This document shows, piece by piece, positions 1-10,300 of a stretch of 64,000 bases of DNA. The stretch is taken from NCBI GenBank assembly GCA_965216565.1, contig OZ244170.1, positions 1,408,001 through 1,472,000 on the forward strand, given 5' to 3'. Numbering within the stretch: position 1 is the first letter of the stretch; every line of letters begins with the position of its first letter. Under the pieces are notes generated by a model. That model was not told the origin of the DNA. It did not search any database and saw only the letters and a program-made list of their open reading frames with translations. Made by a program: the position numbers and the translations under genes. This DNA comes from Bythopirellula sp. Lineage in GTDB: Bacteria; Planctomycetota; Planctomycetia; Pirellulales; Lacipirellulaceae.

Positions 1-594
1 ATGGACGACGGAACGCTGCTTGAAAGCAAAAATCTTCTCTTTCGGGTCACGGTCTTCTCGATACTGCCGCTTCGCGTGCTCGATGTTCTGCCCAGAGTTC
101 TGGTTCTTTAGTTCCGCAGTCGCTATTGGCAGGCCGTTAAGCACAATTGCCAAGTCGAGCGACTTGCCCGGTTCGGCGTCACTAAAATGCAACTGTCGAA
201 CAGCGGATAGCTGATTCGCTTCGTATAGCCTCTGCGTCTCGGGATTCATCGCATGGGCAGGGGCAAAGAAAGCCATGTGCAGACGTTTGCCGTAGCACTT
301 GAAGCCATGGCGAAGTACGGCGAGCAATCCTTGCGAATCGAGCGAACGACACAAGTCGTCAAGCACGATACGTTCAACTTCTTCGCCATGAAGGTTTTCT
401 AGCCCACTCCATACCTCTGGCTGTGTCGCACGCAGAAAGTCGGTGACCACCTTCGGCCAAATTGCTCGCTTGGCGTCAAACCCTTCGGGGTGCTCTTCGT
501 CAAGCTGATGTCCATCGCCGGATGAATAGCCATTGTCGAGCAGGTGCTGCTCGATGGCGTCTTCAAATCGGATTTCGCGATGGTCGATTGGCAT
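1..594 (-). CDS. hsdR: Type I restriction enzyme R subunit, N-terminal part (runs off the left edge)
   Basis: Not in the ORF track. Manual translation from ATG at 594 is open to base 1: MPIDHREIRFEDAIEQHLL...VLRHGFKCYG...SLDLAIVLNGLPIATAELKNQNSGQNIEHAKRQYREDRDP, the HSDR_N D-x(n)-ELK...Q-Y motif. Confidence 0.93.
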   Translation of the reverse strand, partial: MPIDHREIRFEDAIEQHLLDNGYSSGDGHQLDEEHPEGFDAKRAIWPKVVTDFLRATQPEVWSGLENLHGEEVERIVLDDLCRSLDSQGLLAVLRHGFKCYGKRLHMAFFAPAHAMNPETQRLYEANQLSAVRQLHFSDAEPGKSLDLAIVLNGLPIATAELKNQNSGQNIEHAKRQYREDRDPKEKIFAFKQRSVVH

Positions 595-609
595 GGCTGG
601 AAGGAATAG

Positions 610-1134
610 CTATTTCTTTTGACGGTTTCCAAGACGAAGGCGTACTTCGAGTTCTCGAAGCATTTCAAACGGCGTAACGCATTTAACATCAAACTCATCC
701 GCGATGTCCGGTAACTTGATAGTCGCGACGGATTGCGGTGCAGAGACTTCGTGCGTTGCAATCCTAAACCCATACACGCTGGCATACGCAACAAGCCACG
801 GGTCCGCTCCGCTGGCGAACCGCTGTTTCGCTCCGACGTTGTACTGTCCATTCTGTTGAACATACTCGATGACTTCGGCGTAGGCTTCGGTTACATCTTC
901 TTCCTCGACACTCTCAAAGAATTCATCTGGAGCGTCGTCAGCAACCCAATCTGCCAAGTCGTCTTTACCTCTCTCCAGCTCCGTCTTTACGGGCTCGATG
1001 CTGCAAAGACTTTCTTCCCGGTATGAACGCAGCAACGCATCCCAATAGCCGGGGCAAAAATCAAACGCGTAGTGCTCACGTTTCGAACGGATGAAGGAAT
1101 CCGCATCCAGGACATAGAAGGGAGTGTTGCTCAT
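610..1134 (-). CDS. DUF4411 family PIN-like protein
   Basis: VLDADSFI N-terminal PIN aspartate, YAFDFCPGYW and ADPWLVAYA; start overlaps the stop of the ImmA gene. Confidence 0.85.
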   Translation of the reverse strand: MSNTPFYVLDADSFIRSKREHYAFDFCPGYWDALLRSYREESLCSIEPVKTELERGKDDLADWVADDAPDEFFESVEEEDVTEAYAEVIEYVQQNGQYNVGAKQRFASGADPWLVAYASVYGFRIATHEVSAPQSVATIKLPDIADEFDVKCVTPFEMLRELEVRLRLGNRQKK

Positions 1135-2276
1135 CGCCTACCTCTCTTCAGTCGGCGGGCGTACTTGTCAAACGTCTCCCCATAGAGTCGCGTCAGGTCG
1201 TAAGCGTCAGAGTACGAGAGGCGTCCCTCTCGGGCTGCTGCAATAACAGCTTGGCCGAACCGAGTGCCTAGACGGGTGTTCTGCGTGTTCCAGAAGTTGC
1301 CGCCAGTGCTCTGGCTTTCAGCCCGTTTCTTTTCACGTGCCATGTACCGCTTATAGAACCCAAAGAACTCCTCGCGAGAAATTAGCTTTCGGTCCTTCGC
1401 TCTGCGAGCAACGACCACCGGGCTAACTTTGAACTTGCGAGCGATGGCAGCGAACGCTTTGTCTCCCTCGGGTGCACGATTCCAAGCTTCTTCCAACTTC
1501 GCGGCAGGGACGAGAAACTCCGCCGCAACACGGTTGCAGTATTTTTCAACGTCTACATTCACTGGCTGCGTTGCAGTCAACGTAAACAGAGCACTTTGCC
1601 CGGTCCACACGTGTGCTAACTCGTGAGCAATCGTGAACATCTGTGCGACTTTGTAATCAGCTCCGTTCACAAAGATGAGAGGAGCGATTTCATCTATCAG
1701 CACAAATCCCTGAAACTCATCAGGGTCGAGCTTTCGTCGCGTACTATTACCAACGATTCCATTGATGAAAATCAGAATGCCAGCATCTTCCACATGCTCA
1801 CGCAAGAAGCGGAGAGTGTCTTCATAGCTCGATTGTTGCTCTGCCCAGTTGTCGGCTAGGTCAAGCTCCTTCCGCATTCGCCTGGCGAGCGGAACTACTT
1901 TGTCACCGACATTCGCCGAACCAACAAACGGCAATGGCTCTTGACCTTCTTCTACGAGGTACTCTCGCATCCAGTCTTGACGCCGCTGCATCTCAAAGAT
2001 GGTTTCAATGAGATTTGGAGTCGGCTGTCTTACCGCGTCGTCAGTCCGCGTCCGGTAATCGGGAACTGGGAGTTCCTCGGTGGGCGGCTCTTCTAGAAAG
2101 AGATAGCCGAAGGGCACCATCGCCCGTCGAGCAAACGCTTCTAGCTGCCGGTAGGTGGGTTTCGCGTCACCGGCCAGCCATTTGGTCACTGCCTCCTTAT
2201 ACTCCTCCTCAGGCTTACCAGAACGGTCTACCGCCCAGCGAAGGAGTTCAGGTTTGACATCGACGTAATTTGGCAT
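1131..2276 (-). CDS. XRE-HTH / ImmA-IrrE (Peptidase_M78) zinc metallopeptidase
   Basis: N-terminal HTH-like KWLAGDAKPTYRQLE; HExxH motif FTIAHELAH; EKYCNRVAAEFLVP. Confidence 0.9.
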   Translation of the reverse strand: MPNYVDVKPELLRWAVDRSGKPEEEYKEAVTKWLAGDAKPTYRQLEAFARRAMVPFGYLFLEEPPTEELPVPDYRTRTDDAVRQPTPNLIETIFEMQRRQDWMREYLVEEGQEPLPFVGSANVGDKVVPLARRMRKELDLADNWAEQQSSYEDTLRFLREHVEDAGILIFINGIVGNSTRRKLDPDEFQGFVLIDEIAPLIFVNGADYKVAQMFTIAHELAHVWTGQSALFTLTATQPVNVDVEKYCNRVAAEFLVPAAKLEEAWNRAPEGDKAFAAIARKFKVSPVVVARRAKDRKLISREEFFGFYKRYMAREKKRAESQSTGGNFWNTQNTRLGTRFGQAVIAAAREGRLSYSDAYDLTRLYGETFDKYARRLKRGRR

Positions 2277-2363
2277 TTGACGTGGGGAACGGAGGTAGAT
2301 TCCATTCTAGCAGCTGAACAGGATTCGGCAGACGCCATCTTTTACAGTCTGAGACCTCTAGCT

Positions 2364-3116
2364 TCAGGCAGACGCCTCAGATATGAGGTCGGGATTTAAC
2401 GCTATGCCAGCCTCTCCTAGTCTCTTGCAGAGCTTCGGCACTATCTCGCGAATATGCTCGTTGTAGTGAAATCGGATTATCCCATCGATATCCGACGGAA
2501 TTTCGACGTGTCCTTTTACAATCAGAGCCATGCGTTCTCGCGTAAGCGATGAAAGTAACATCCCGATTTCCAGAATCACGTTCTGCCGTGCTCTCGGTTC
2601 GATTTTTTCTTCGCCATGTGCAATGGCATACCCCATATCATCGGGTGTCATCAGCACTATGCCGAAGGCCGAAGAATAATCACGTCCGATTTGGCCCTCC
2701 AAAGCTTCAATGATGGTCTTTCCACCTCCAGTAGTATTCATGAGTATGAATGGCTCTAGATTCAATCTGCGGAGAACTAGTTCGAGTTGGTCTCGGGCAT
2801 CTGAGTCATGACCGTGTACCACGAAGATACCTTGTGTGGCATCGGCCTTCGCTGGAGTTTGGTAGAACTCCTGGGTATTGTTATCCGGGTTGTTGAGCTG
2901 CTCAACAACTTTCGCTTCGAGGTCGTCCTTAGCAGTGGATTTCCCCTGAAATTGAAGCGTGCCTTTGGAAGACCACCAGTTCATCACGCCGCCGGTCTGA
3001 GTTTTGAAGCTGTGCTTCCCGCCGTCCGCGTCTTCGGACCACTCGCCACGCAAACCAGTCGCCTGGACGGCAGCTTTCAATTCGTCTATTTCGCCATGAA
3101 ATGCATTTTTGGCCAT
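2364..3116 (-). CDS. TIR-like nucleotide-binding domain protein (CAP12/Pycsar-effector TIR type)
   Basis: IFVVHGHD, LMTPDD, RARQNVILEIG (conserved Glu) and EIPSDIDG; separate ~75-aa N-terminal domain. Confidence 0.85.
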   Translation of the reverse strand: MAKNAFHGEIDELKAAVQATGLRGEWSEDADGGKHSFKTQTGGVMNWWSSKGTLQFQGKSTAKDDLEAKVVEQLNNPDNNTQEFYQTPAKADATQGIFVVHGHDSDARDQLELVLRRLNLEPFILMNTTGGGKTIIEALEGQIGRDYSSAFGIVLMTPDDMGYAIAHGEEKIEPRARQNVILEIGMLLSSLTRERMALIVKGHVEIPSDIDGIIRFHYNEHIREIVPKLCKRLGEAGIALNPDLISEASA

Positions 3117-3440
3117 TAGGTATTCCTCACATCAATTTTGCCCGTCACCGCTGCTGAGATTAGGGCGGAACGGTATTCGTTAAGTCTAGACATTGCCAAT
3201 TCGACCGCTCTGTTGGCCTCGTCGAGTATTCTGCAGCGAGCATCCACGTCCTTCACGATTGACGACTGCTCATCAATTGGCGGGGCCATCATCATCCAGC
3301 TTTTAATGTGAGACTGCGATACTTTGACCATGGAATTACTTGTGCCTCGAGCGTCGGCTTCGATTTGCCTTCTTCCAAAACGGCTAATCAGGCACAAACA
3401 GGCGTAGGTTCGTTGCAGTCGCACCTCATCCAAATGAACG
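3116..3440 (-). pseudogene. hsdS: 3' remnant of type I RM specificity subunit
   Basis: C-terminal HsdS signature PPIDEQSSIV...LNEYRSALISAAVTGKIDV. Only ~105 codons remain, with an in-frame stop just upstream beside an IS. Confidence 0.85.
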
Positions 3441-3515
3441 CGGTCGACGACCTCGAGGTTATGAGGCTAGCACCCTGAGATCCATAACTGCTTAATCTGC
3501 CAGGACTTGCGAAGT

Positions 3516-4808
3516 GTACTTCCCCCTTTAGAGTCGTGCAAGTCTTAGCATTGTTTGTCAAGTTTTGGCATTTCTTGCAAAGCCAAAGGGGGAACTCTTC
3601 TGCTGCTTGAATGAACCAGCAGATCCGAGAGAATGAGGACCAACTCTAGGGGTTCGGGAAGGTTGTCACCCCTGATTCTCCGCGTCTTACTATCGGAAGG
3701 CCTCGTGATGTCGAGCTGGTTTTCTCCTCTACTATTTCTGCTCGCCGGCTCCAACGAGCAACAGCTTCGCCGGCAAATCGAGTTTCTCAAAGCAGAGAAT
3801 GAGATACTCCGTAAGCACGTCCCAAAGCAACGAATCTTCCTCACTATAGAAGAGCGAGAACGGCTGCTGAAATTAGGGGATGCGGTCGGCAAAGGTGTGC
3901 TCCAGCTCATTAGTATCGTCAGCCCTCGAACTTACCAGAGGTGGCAACGACGGGTAAGCCAAGGTCAGAGACCGGCAAAGAAGATGGGCCGCAAAGGAAC
4001 GCCGGAGTCGATACGCGAAATCGTCGTCCGCTTGGCCAGAGAGACTGGATGGGGTTACGGACGGATAGTCGGGGAGCTGAAAAAGCTGCGTATTCAATGT
4101 GTTGGACGCACGACGGTACGAACCATACTGAAAGAAGAAGGTATCCACCCTGGCCCAAAACGAGGCAAAGGGACTTGGGATGAGTTCTTAAAGATCCATG
4201 CTGAGACGCTCTGGCAGGTCGATTTCTTCAGCAAGCCCGTGATTACGACGAGCGGTATCAAGCAAGCGTTTGTGATGGCGTTTCTGCACATCAACTCCCG
4301 TCGAGTCATCTGCTCGCCAGCCACGTTCAAGGCAGATGATGATTGGGTCGTTGCACAAGCGAAGTCGTTTTTGCATGAAGCGAAGAAACTCGACTTGCCA
4401 ATTCATCATTTAGTTCGCGACAAAGACTTCAAATACAGCAACCGCTTTGATGAAGCGTTTGAGTCTGCGGATGTCGCCGTGCAGCCAACCGTCCCTCGTG
4501 CTCCTAATCAGAATGCATTCATTGAACGCTGGATTGGCTCAATCAAGGGCGAATGCCTGAATCGCTTCTTCGCTATTGGGCTAAATCACCTTGACTATCT
4601 CGTCTCCGAGTACACGCGATACTATAACGAACTGAGACCCCATCAGCGGAAAGAAAACAAGCCCTTGCTAGGCTTATGGAAAGACAATAATGATCCACCT
4701 GATGAACCCAATCAAGTCGCCTGCCTTGAGCGACTTGGGGGTGTTCTCAAATGCTATGAACGAGTCGCCTAAAGCTGTTTCAAAATCAACCCAAGGGTCG
4801 GGAAGTAC
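3516..4808 (+). mobile_element. Insertion sequence with rve/integrase-core transposase
   Basis: 9-bp inverted repeat GTACTTCCC (3516-3524) / GGGAAGTAC (4800-4808) brackets the transposase; the ends are tentative. Confidence 0.5.
3707..4772 (+). CDS. Integrase core domain (DDE) transposase
   Basis: WGYGRIVGEL HTH, WQVDFF, LVRDKD, PNQNAFIERW, YYNELRPHQ. Start is uncertain (ORF opens at 3633). Confidence 0.9.
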
Positions 4809-4815
4809 TGGGCGA

Positions 4816-7071
4816 CTATACCACCGGCTCATCTAAGGGGTTTGAACTTTGGACAATGGCATCCACAGCGGGAGGCGTTCCCATCATCATTTCATAGTGG
4901 CCCAGGTGGTTGGTGCGTTTAAATATCAGCTTGAATACACGTTCGTAATTTTCGATCGTTTCTTGGTCAAGGGCCATATAGAGGTCGTCGCAGGCATGAT
5001 GTGAACCGTCATTCACCCACGACAAGAGTGAACGGCACACGAGCTGGTCGGCGCCGTCAAATTCTTCACAAATATCGAGCGGGTTCTTGCCACCAAGCAC
5101 CTTGAAATAGTGCTCCAGAATACGCCTCATTGCGTTTTGAATCGCTACCGTGCTGCGAGACTCTTCACGTAGTTCTGCCCACAGCAGATCGTATCCCGTC
5201 TTAACTGGGTTGTTGGCATACTGGGCTAATGCTGACTGTCCATTGCACTTGCGCACTATCCAGTAAGTCTTGCGGCTCGGGTCGATCCCCTGCCGCTGGC
5301 TATCAAAAGTCACTTCTTTGTGGAAGTAAACATTGTGCGTTAGTACAAAGAGTTGACGGATGGGGCTCTTCTCGTCGAGTACGTCTTGTTGCAGGCGTTT
5401 GATGAGTGTACTGACGATAAACAGTACGTCGCTGTCAAGACTCGACACCGGATCATCAAATACCACAATCCGGTCATCCGTCGCTCCCGACTCATCATGG
5501 CTACCTTGAAGCAAATTGTAGAAATACAGGAAAGTAATAAAAGAGCGTTCCCCTTCACTGAGCGTGTCTCGGGCGTCAGTACCATCTGCGCGCACCAGCT
5601 TGTAGCAATGTGGCGTCTCTGCAGCAGCTAACTTGAATCCGTCGAAGCCAAAGGAACGGAGCACTTCGTTGATCGAAATGATAGTCGGCTCAATGCTTGT
5701 AGTTTGACGCTGCAAATCCGCAAGTGCCCGAGTCGCCTTAGAAAGCTCTGTTCCCTTTGCGGTAAGCTTCGTTTCGATACCATCTATGGCCTTGTCCACG
5801 GCTGCTTTCTTGTTTGTATACGTTTTCAACTCGACGGCCAGCTCGCCCTTGATGAGGTAAGTCCAACAAGCATCAACCAGCTTCCTCTTCTCGTCTGCGA
5901 AATTGCTTACTAGTTTATTGTGCGCCGTGATTGCCTCAGACGCCATTTTTATCAAGCTGGCAATCTCGTCGACGAGTGCTTCTGTTGCTTCGAGCACAAT
6001 TACTGCGCTAGGTTCTTTTTGCTTTTTCGTAATCTGGGACCGATTCGACGTAAATCTTGCTGCGAGAATGTCCCGTTTATCTTTGATGGTAGTAGAATCG
6101 AGTTGCTCAGCAGGATTAATGAGCAAGCCATCAATGGCTGCCAACAAATCATCCGTTGCAACTTCGTAGTCGCTCTTCAGAGTTTCAATCTCTGCTAGGT
6201 CGTTGCTGTAAGATTCGTCGAAGTACTCATTGAGAGATTGTTCTAGCGACGCGGGAGCCTGTTGTTGGCAAAAGGGACATAACTTATCAGACGCAGCTAG
6301 GTACCCTTGCCCTTGCTTGACCCAATCGCTGTTGCCAAGTTTCTTTATCAAGGCGTCGATGTCGACATCTTCCTTACCTACGATGGGTTTCTTCAGCACA
6401 GCTGGCTCTCCAAAGGCCGAGAGAGGCGTGCCATCTAGTTCGCTTATAGAAGATACTCGCTGAGGTGGATCGCCAAAGATTGTTTCTGCTCTCTCCGTAA
6501 GCTGCTCTTTGGTTTGCAGGTCAACGCCCTTCTGGTTCTGCCTCCGGAGCACTTCGTCTACAAACTTCCTCTTGTCACTTAAATATCCTCGAAAAGCTTC
6601 ACGGCACGCGTCACCCAGGTTCGCTCGCTTCTCCCAACATGCGTCCCGCAACGCTTCTTTGGCGACGATTAATTCGCCACGCTTGCCAGTCTTGCCTTCT
6701 TCGCCGTCCAGAGTGATTTTCAATCGATCCCGTGCTTCAGTCAGGCTCTCTACTTTCTCTTTGGCTGCTTCGATATCAGCTAAGATTTTCGCACTGTCTT
6801 CTCCAAGTGAAAAAATACCTGCTAGGTTTTCCGCCTCATTGAAGATTTTGGCTACAAAGTCACGATTGTAGACAAGCGTTTCCATCGCCCGGCCATTCTT
6901 CCACGTTAGTGAACAAGCAGGGTAGGTGTCCGTATCCGCGATTATGCGTGATATAGTCGTCTTACCGGAGCCGTTCGTTCCGTAGAAGAAATTGAACTCC
7001 GCGAGCCCTTGAGCTTCTGCGCGTGTCCCCTTGTAGCTAGCTTCGTCTTCAATACAGAATGCGTCAATCAT
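4816..7071 (-). CDS. RloC-like anticodon nuclease (AAA_13 ABC ATPase + HEPN)
   Basis: Walker A GTNGSGKT, zinc-hook CPFC, signature LSEGE, Walker B VFDDPVSSLD, C-terminal NAMRRILEHYF and WVNDGSH HEPN-type motifs. Likely start MIDAFCIE at 7071. Confidence 0.85.
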   Translation of the reverse strand: MIDAFCIEDEASYKGTRAEAQGLAEFNFFYGTNGSGKTTISRIIADTDTYPACSLTWKNGRAMETLVYNRDFVAKIFNEAENLAGIFSLGEDSAKILADIEAAKEKVESLTEARDRLKITLDGEEGKTGKRGELIVAKEALRDACWEKRANLGDACREAFRGYLSDKRKFVDEVLRRQNQKGVDLQTKEQLTERAETIFGDPPQRVSSISELDGTPLSAFGEPAVLKKPIVGKEDVDIDALIKKLGNSDWVKQGQGYLAASDKLCPFCQQQAPASLEQSLNEYFDESYSNDLAEIETLKSDYEVATDDLLAAIDGLLINPAEQLDSTTIKDKRDILAARFTSNRSQITKKQKEPSAVIVLEATEALVDEIASLIKMASEAITAHNKLVSNFADEKRKLVDACWTYLIKGELAVELKTYTNKKAAVDKAIDGIETKLTAKGTELSKATRALADLQRQTTSIEPTIISINEVLRSFGFDGFKLAAAETPHCYKLVRADGTDARDTLSEGERSFITFLYFYNLLQGSHDESGATDDRIVVFDDPVSSLDSDVLFIVSTLIKRLQQDVLDEKSPIRQLFVLTHNVYFHKEVTFDSQRQGIDPSRKTYWIVRKCNGQSALAQYANNPVKTGYDLLWAELREESRSTVAIQNAMRRILEHYFKVLGGKNPLDICEEFDGADQLVCRSLLSWVNDGSHHACDDLYMALDQETIENYERVFKLIFKRTNHLGHYEMMMGTPPAVDAIVQSSNPLDEPVV

Positions 7072-7309
7072 GGCGTTGCAACTCCGATAGCAGATTCTAA
7101 TTCCAGCTGCCTTTGGGTTAGCTAATTTATCTATTTCACCATCCACACGATGCGTTGTCCTCGACAGCAACATAGCTTCGAGTGCAACGACACTGAGTAT
7201 TGAGCAAGTGTTCGCTGCCGATGAAATCCTAAGTCAATTGAACGTTTCTGGACAAAAGTCGTCTAAACCCGAGCGAGCACCTAAGGTTGACCCCACCGAG
7301 CTGTTTGGG

Positions 7310-10300
7310 CTAGCCGGCTGCAACCGTGGCGATATGTATCTGTTTGCCTTGCTCGCTAACACCTATACTCTTAGCGACCTCAACCAAGTGTTGGTGATGC
7401 GTAAAAAACAAGACCTGGTTGCGATCGGATATCTGCGACAAGACCTCTAGGGCAGCTTTTGCGCGGGCATCATCGGAGGTGAGCAGCACGTCATCTACGA
7501 TGAAAGGAATGGGCTCGTGCTTCTCCGACCAGTAATCGAGCGTTCCTAGCCTGAGAGCCAAGTAGAGTTGATCTCGTGTTCCTTCGCTCATCGCATCGAC
7601 CAATAGCGTTCCGCCCCCCGGTCTAGCACCAACTAATACCTCTTGGCCAGATTCGTCATAGTCGGCGCGTAGTCCATCAAAAGCGCCACAAGTAAGCTTG
7701 TTGAAATATTCCGAAGCACCTGCTAATACAGGTCCCTGCGCCTTCTCCTTGTACTGTTCTATCGCATGCCACAAAAGGTGGCTTGCAGTTCTCGTGACCA
7801 CATACTGTCGCAGGTCATCTTCCAACCGTGCCAATAGCGCCTGACGCTCCTCTGCCTTTTCGGCAGCTTCTGCTGCCCCTACGCAGCGCTCCAGAATGCC
7901 AGCCTCTCGCTCCCTGGAGGCGATCGTTTCCTCCAGATTGTCTCGCAGGCATTGGGCCTGATCACATAAGTCTTCAATTTGAATCGGCAGGCGGTCCGCA
8001 TCCTCCTGCAATGCATCTGCTACGAACTTTTCGAATGACTGGCCGGCACAGAATGGTGCAAGCTGTGACTCTAGCTGAGTCAGTTCGCCTTCTAGTGTTC
8101 GCTTTTTCCGAGAACCTGCGATGGCCTCGGGCAAGTCAGAAACGCTTTTGCAAACAGCCTCAGTGGCGAGTGCATCGAGCGCTGCGGCGCTATTCGATAA
8201 TTGTCGTTCAGCTTCAGTAATTGCATGCTTCTCCGCCTCCAAACGCTTTGTGAGCGTTGCAAGCTCTTGCTCAGCCTGCTTCGCTGTATTGAGTCGCTGG
8301 TTGAGCGACGAAGCGACTTCTTCAACTGGCCGGCCTACCAGATCAAGGGCAATGACTTTTGCCAAGTCTTGCGCCGATTGAGCAAACTCCTTGGCGGTCT
8401 GTTCGATTCCCCAGATGCGGGATCTAAAACCTTCAGCCTCGTCCAGGTTACGAAACAACTCGTCGAGATTGGCAAGCACTGCCTCGGCTTGTTCAGGTAG
8501 TGCATCAGCATCCAGCTCCAGCAACTGCAAAGCCTCGGTCCACTGCTCTCGCCAGTCTATTAGATCTTGCTTAGCAGCCGCCAATTCTTGCTCGGCTCGC
8601 TCGGCTTCATCCTGAACGCGATCGAGCTCGGATTCTAAGCTCTCAAGCTCGCGGCGAGCATCGTCGGCCTCGGCCAGCCTCTCCCGGGCAGTCTGCAAAG
8701 CTGACTGAATGCTTGTCGAGACCGGAGCCTCAATTTCATAATCAGCAAGCTCTTCAAGCAGTTGCTGTCGCGATTTCGCGACGCGGTCTTCGTCCTTCGC
8801 CACTTGCGCAGACACTGATGCGAGATTGGTTGATAGATCGATCAGTTGAGCGTGCTTTCGTAACCAGCCTCTCATTTCGGCCGGTGATCCTGGTTCAACA
8901 CCAGTTGGCTGCCAATGCTTCTGCCAAGTGACCATCAACTTCTCTTGTTCCTGCCGAGCTTCCAAGAGCTTCGATTCAAACCCCTTACGCTTTGCATCAA
9001 GTGATCGAAACTTCGCGATTAGCTGAGACTTGCTAGCAACCCGACTCGCTTCACGACGCAAGCGGTCGGCTATCTCGTCAGCGCGGTGTACGCTAGGGAG
9101 AATAGCTTCCGAAAGGCCGAGGCCTTCGCCTACATCGTCGAGGAATGCTTTGACTGCATCTTGGTCTACCTCTCCGCCTTCGAGACGGCTTACTGCGAGT
9201 AGCACGCCTTGGTCTCGTATTCTGCGGTGTTCAGCTAGTTCCTCCTCAGTTGGGACCGACTCTTCCAGCTCCAATGCTTCAAGATCGACTTCGACCTGCT
9301 CTTGCTCTGACTTGTTCGCTTCTAATAGTTCAGAAATCTGCCTGATTTCATTGGCAAGCTCGCGAGTTGATTGGTCAAATTGATCGACCGTCTCGTCGGC
9401 AGGCACTGCCAGACGACAGACTGCTTCGATCGTGCCATCGAACCGCGGGAGACGAGCTAGCGATTCGCTTGCTTCGCGCTCCAATCGCAATAACTCTTCC
9501 CCTTGCGCGTCCAAGCCCTCTTCCAGAGACAGCACAGGGACAGCCGTCTGGATAGACTCTCTCAAGGATTTAAGATCTTCTGCTTTATCCAGGTCAGCAA
9601 GTTGTTTCTCAATCTCTGCTAGCCGCTTACGAAAACGAGCGAGCGTCCGCTCAAGCCTCATTTTTGCTGCCGTCACTTCAGCGTGCCGGCTAGCCAATGT
9701 ACGAATCCGCGTTTTTTGTTCGTCGGGCAAGCGACGCTTCCCAACTTCTTCGACGGACAAGTCCCATCCAAGTTTCTCAATGGTGCGTTTCGCCGCGTTG
9801 CGAGCAGTGCGTTGTTGCCCAGCCAGCACCCCGCTGTCTTTGGTCGCCTTCTCGTGGCTGCCTAGACTGCGATAGAGTTCGTCGACACGAGCCTCTTCAC
9901 TCACTAATGCGGTTGGTACGTTGGTATCTGTGAGTTGTGATTGCAGCTGCTGTGCTCGCTCCTCTGCGCGAGCCTTGGCCGCTTCAGCAAGCGTCCGATT
10001 CTCGTTGGCCTCGCGAAAACGCTGCTCAGCGTCATCCGGCAAAGCAACAACCTCAGTGAGCGACGATAGCTCTGCTCGCTTGTCCTTCCACGCACCGGCA
10101 AGTCCAAGTGACTTGTGAAACCGATCCAGACGAGATTTTGATGACTCAACGTGTTCTAGGTCCTGCTTGATCTTGCTTTGCAGCTCGATGAGTCGGCGGT
10201 GTTCTGCGTCGTGTCGGGCCCACTCTTCAGGCGACTGCTGCAGCTTTCGGATCTGGTCGCTGAGGTCCCTTAGCTCAGTAAGGGTCGAATTGATTCGCGG

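Noticed and set aside
20..863. ORFs 20-214, 399-863 and 462-677
   Set aside because: Shadows of hsdR and the DUF4411 gene.
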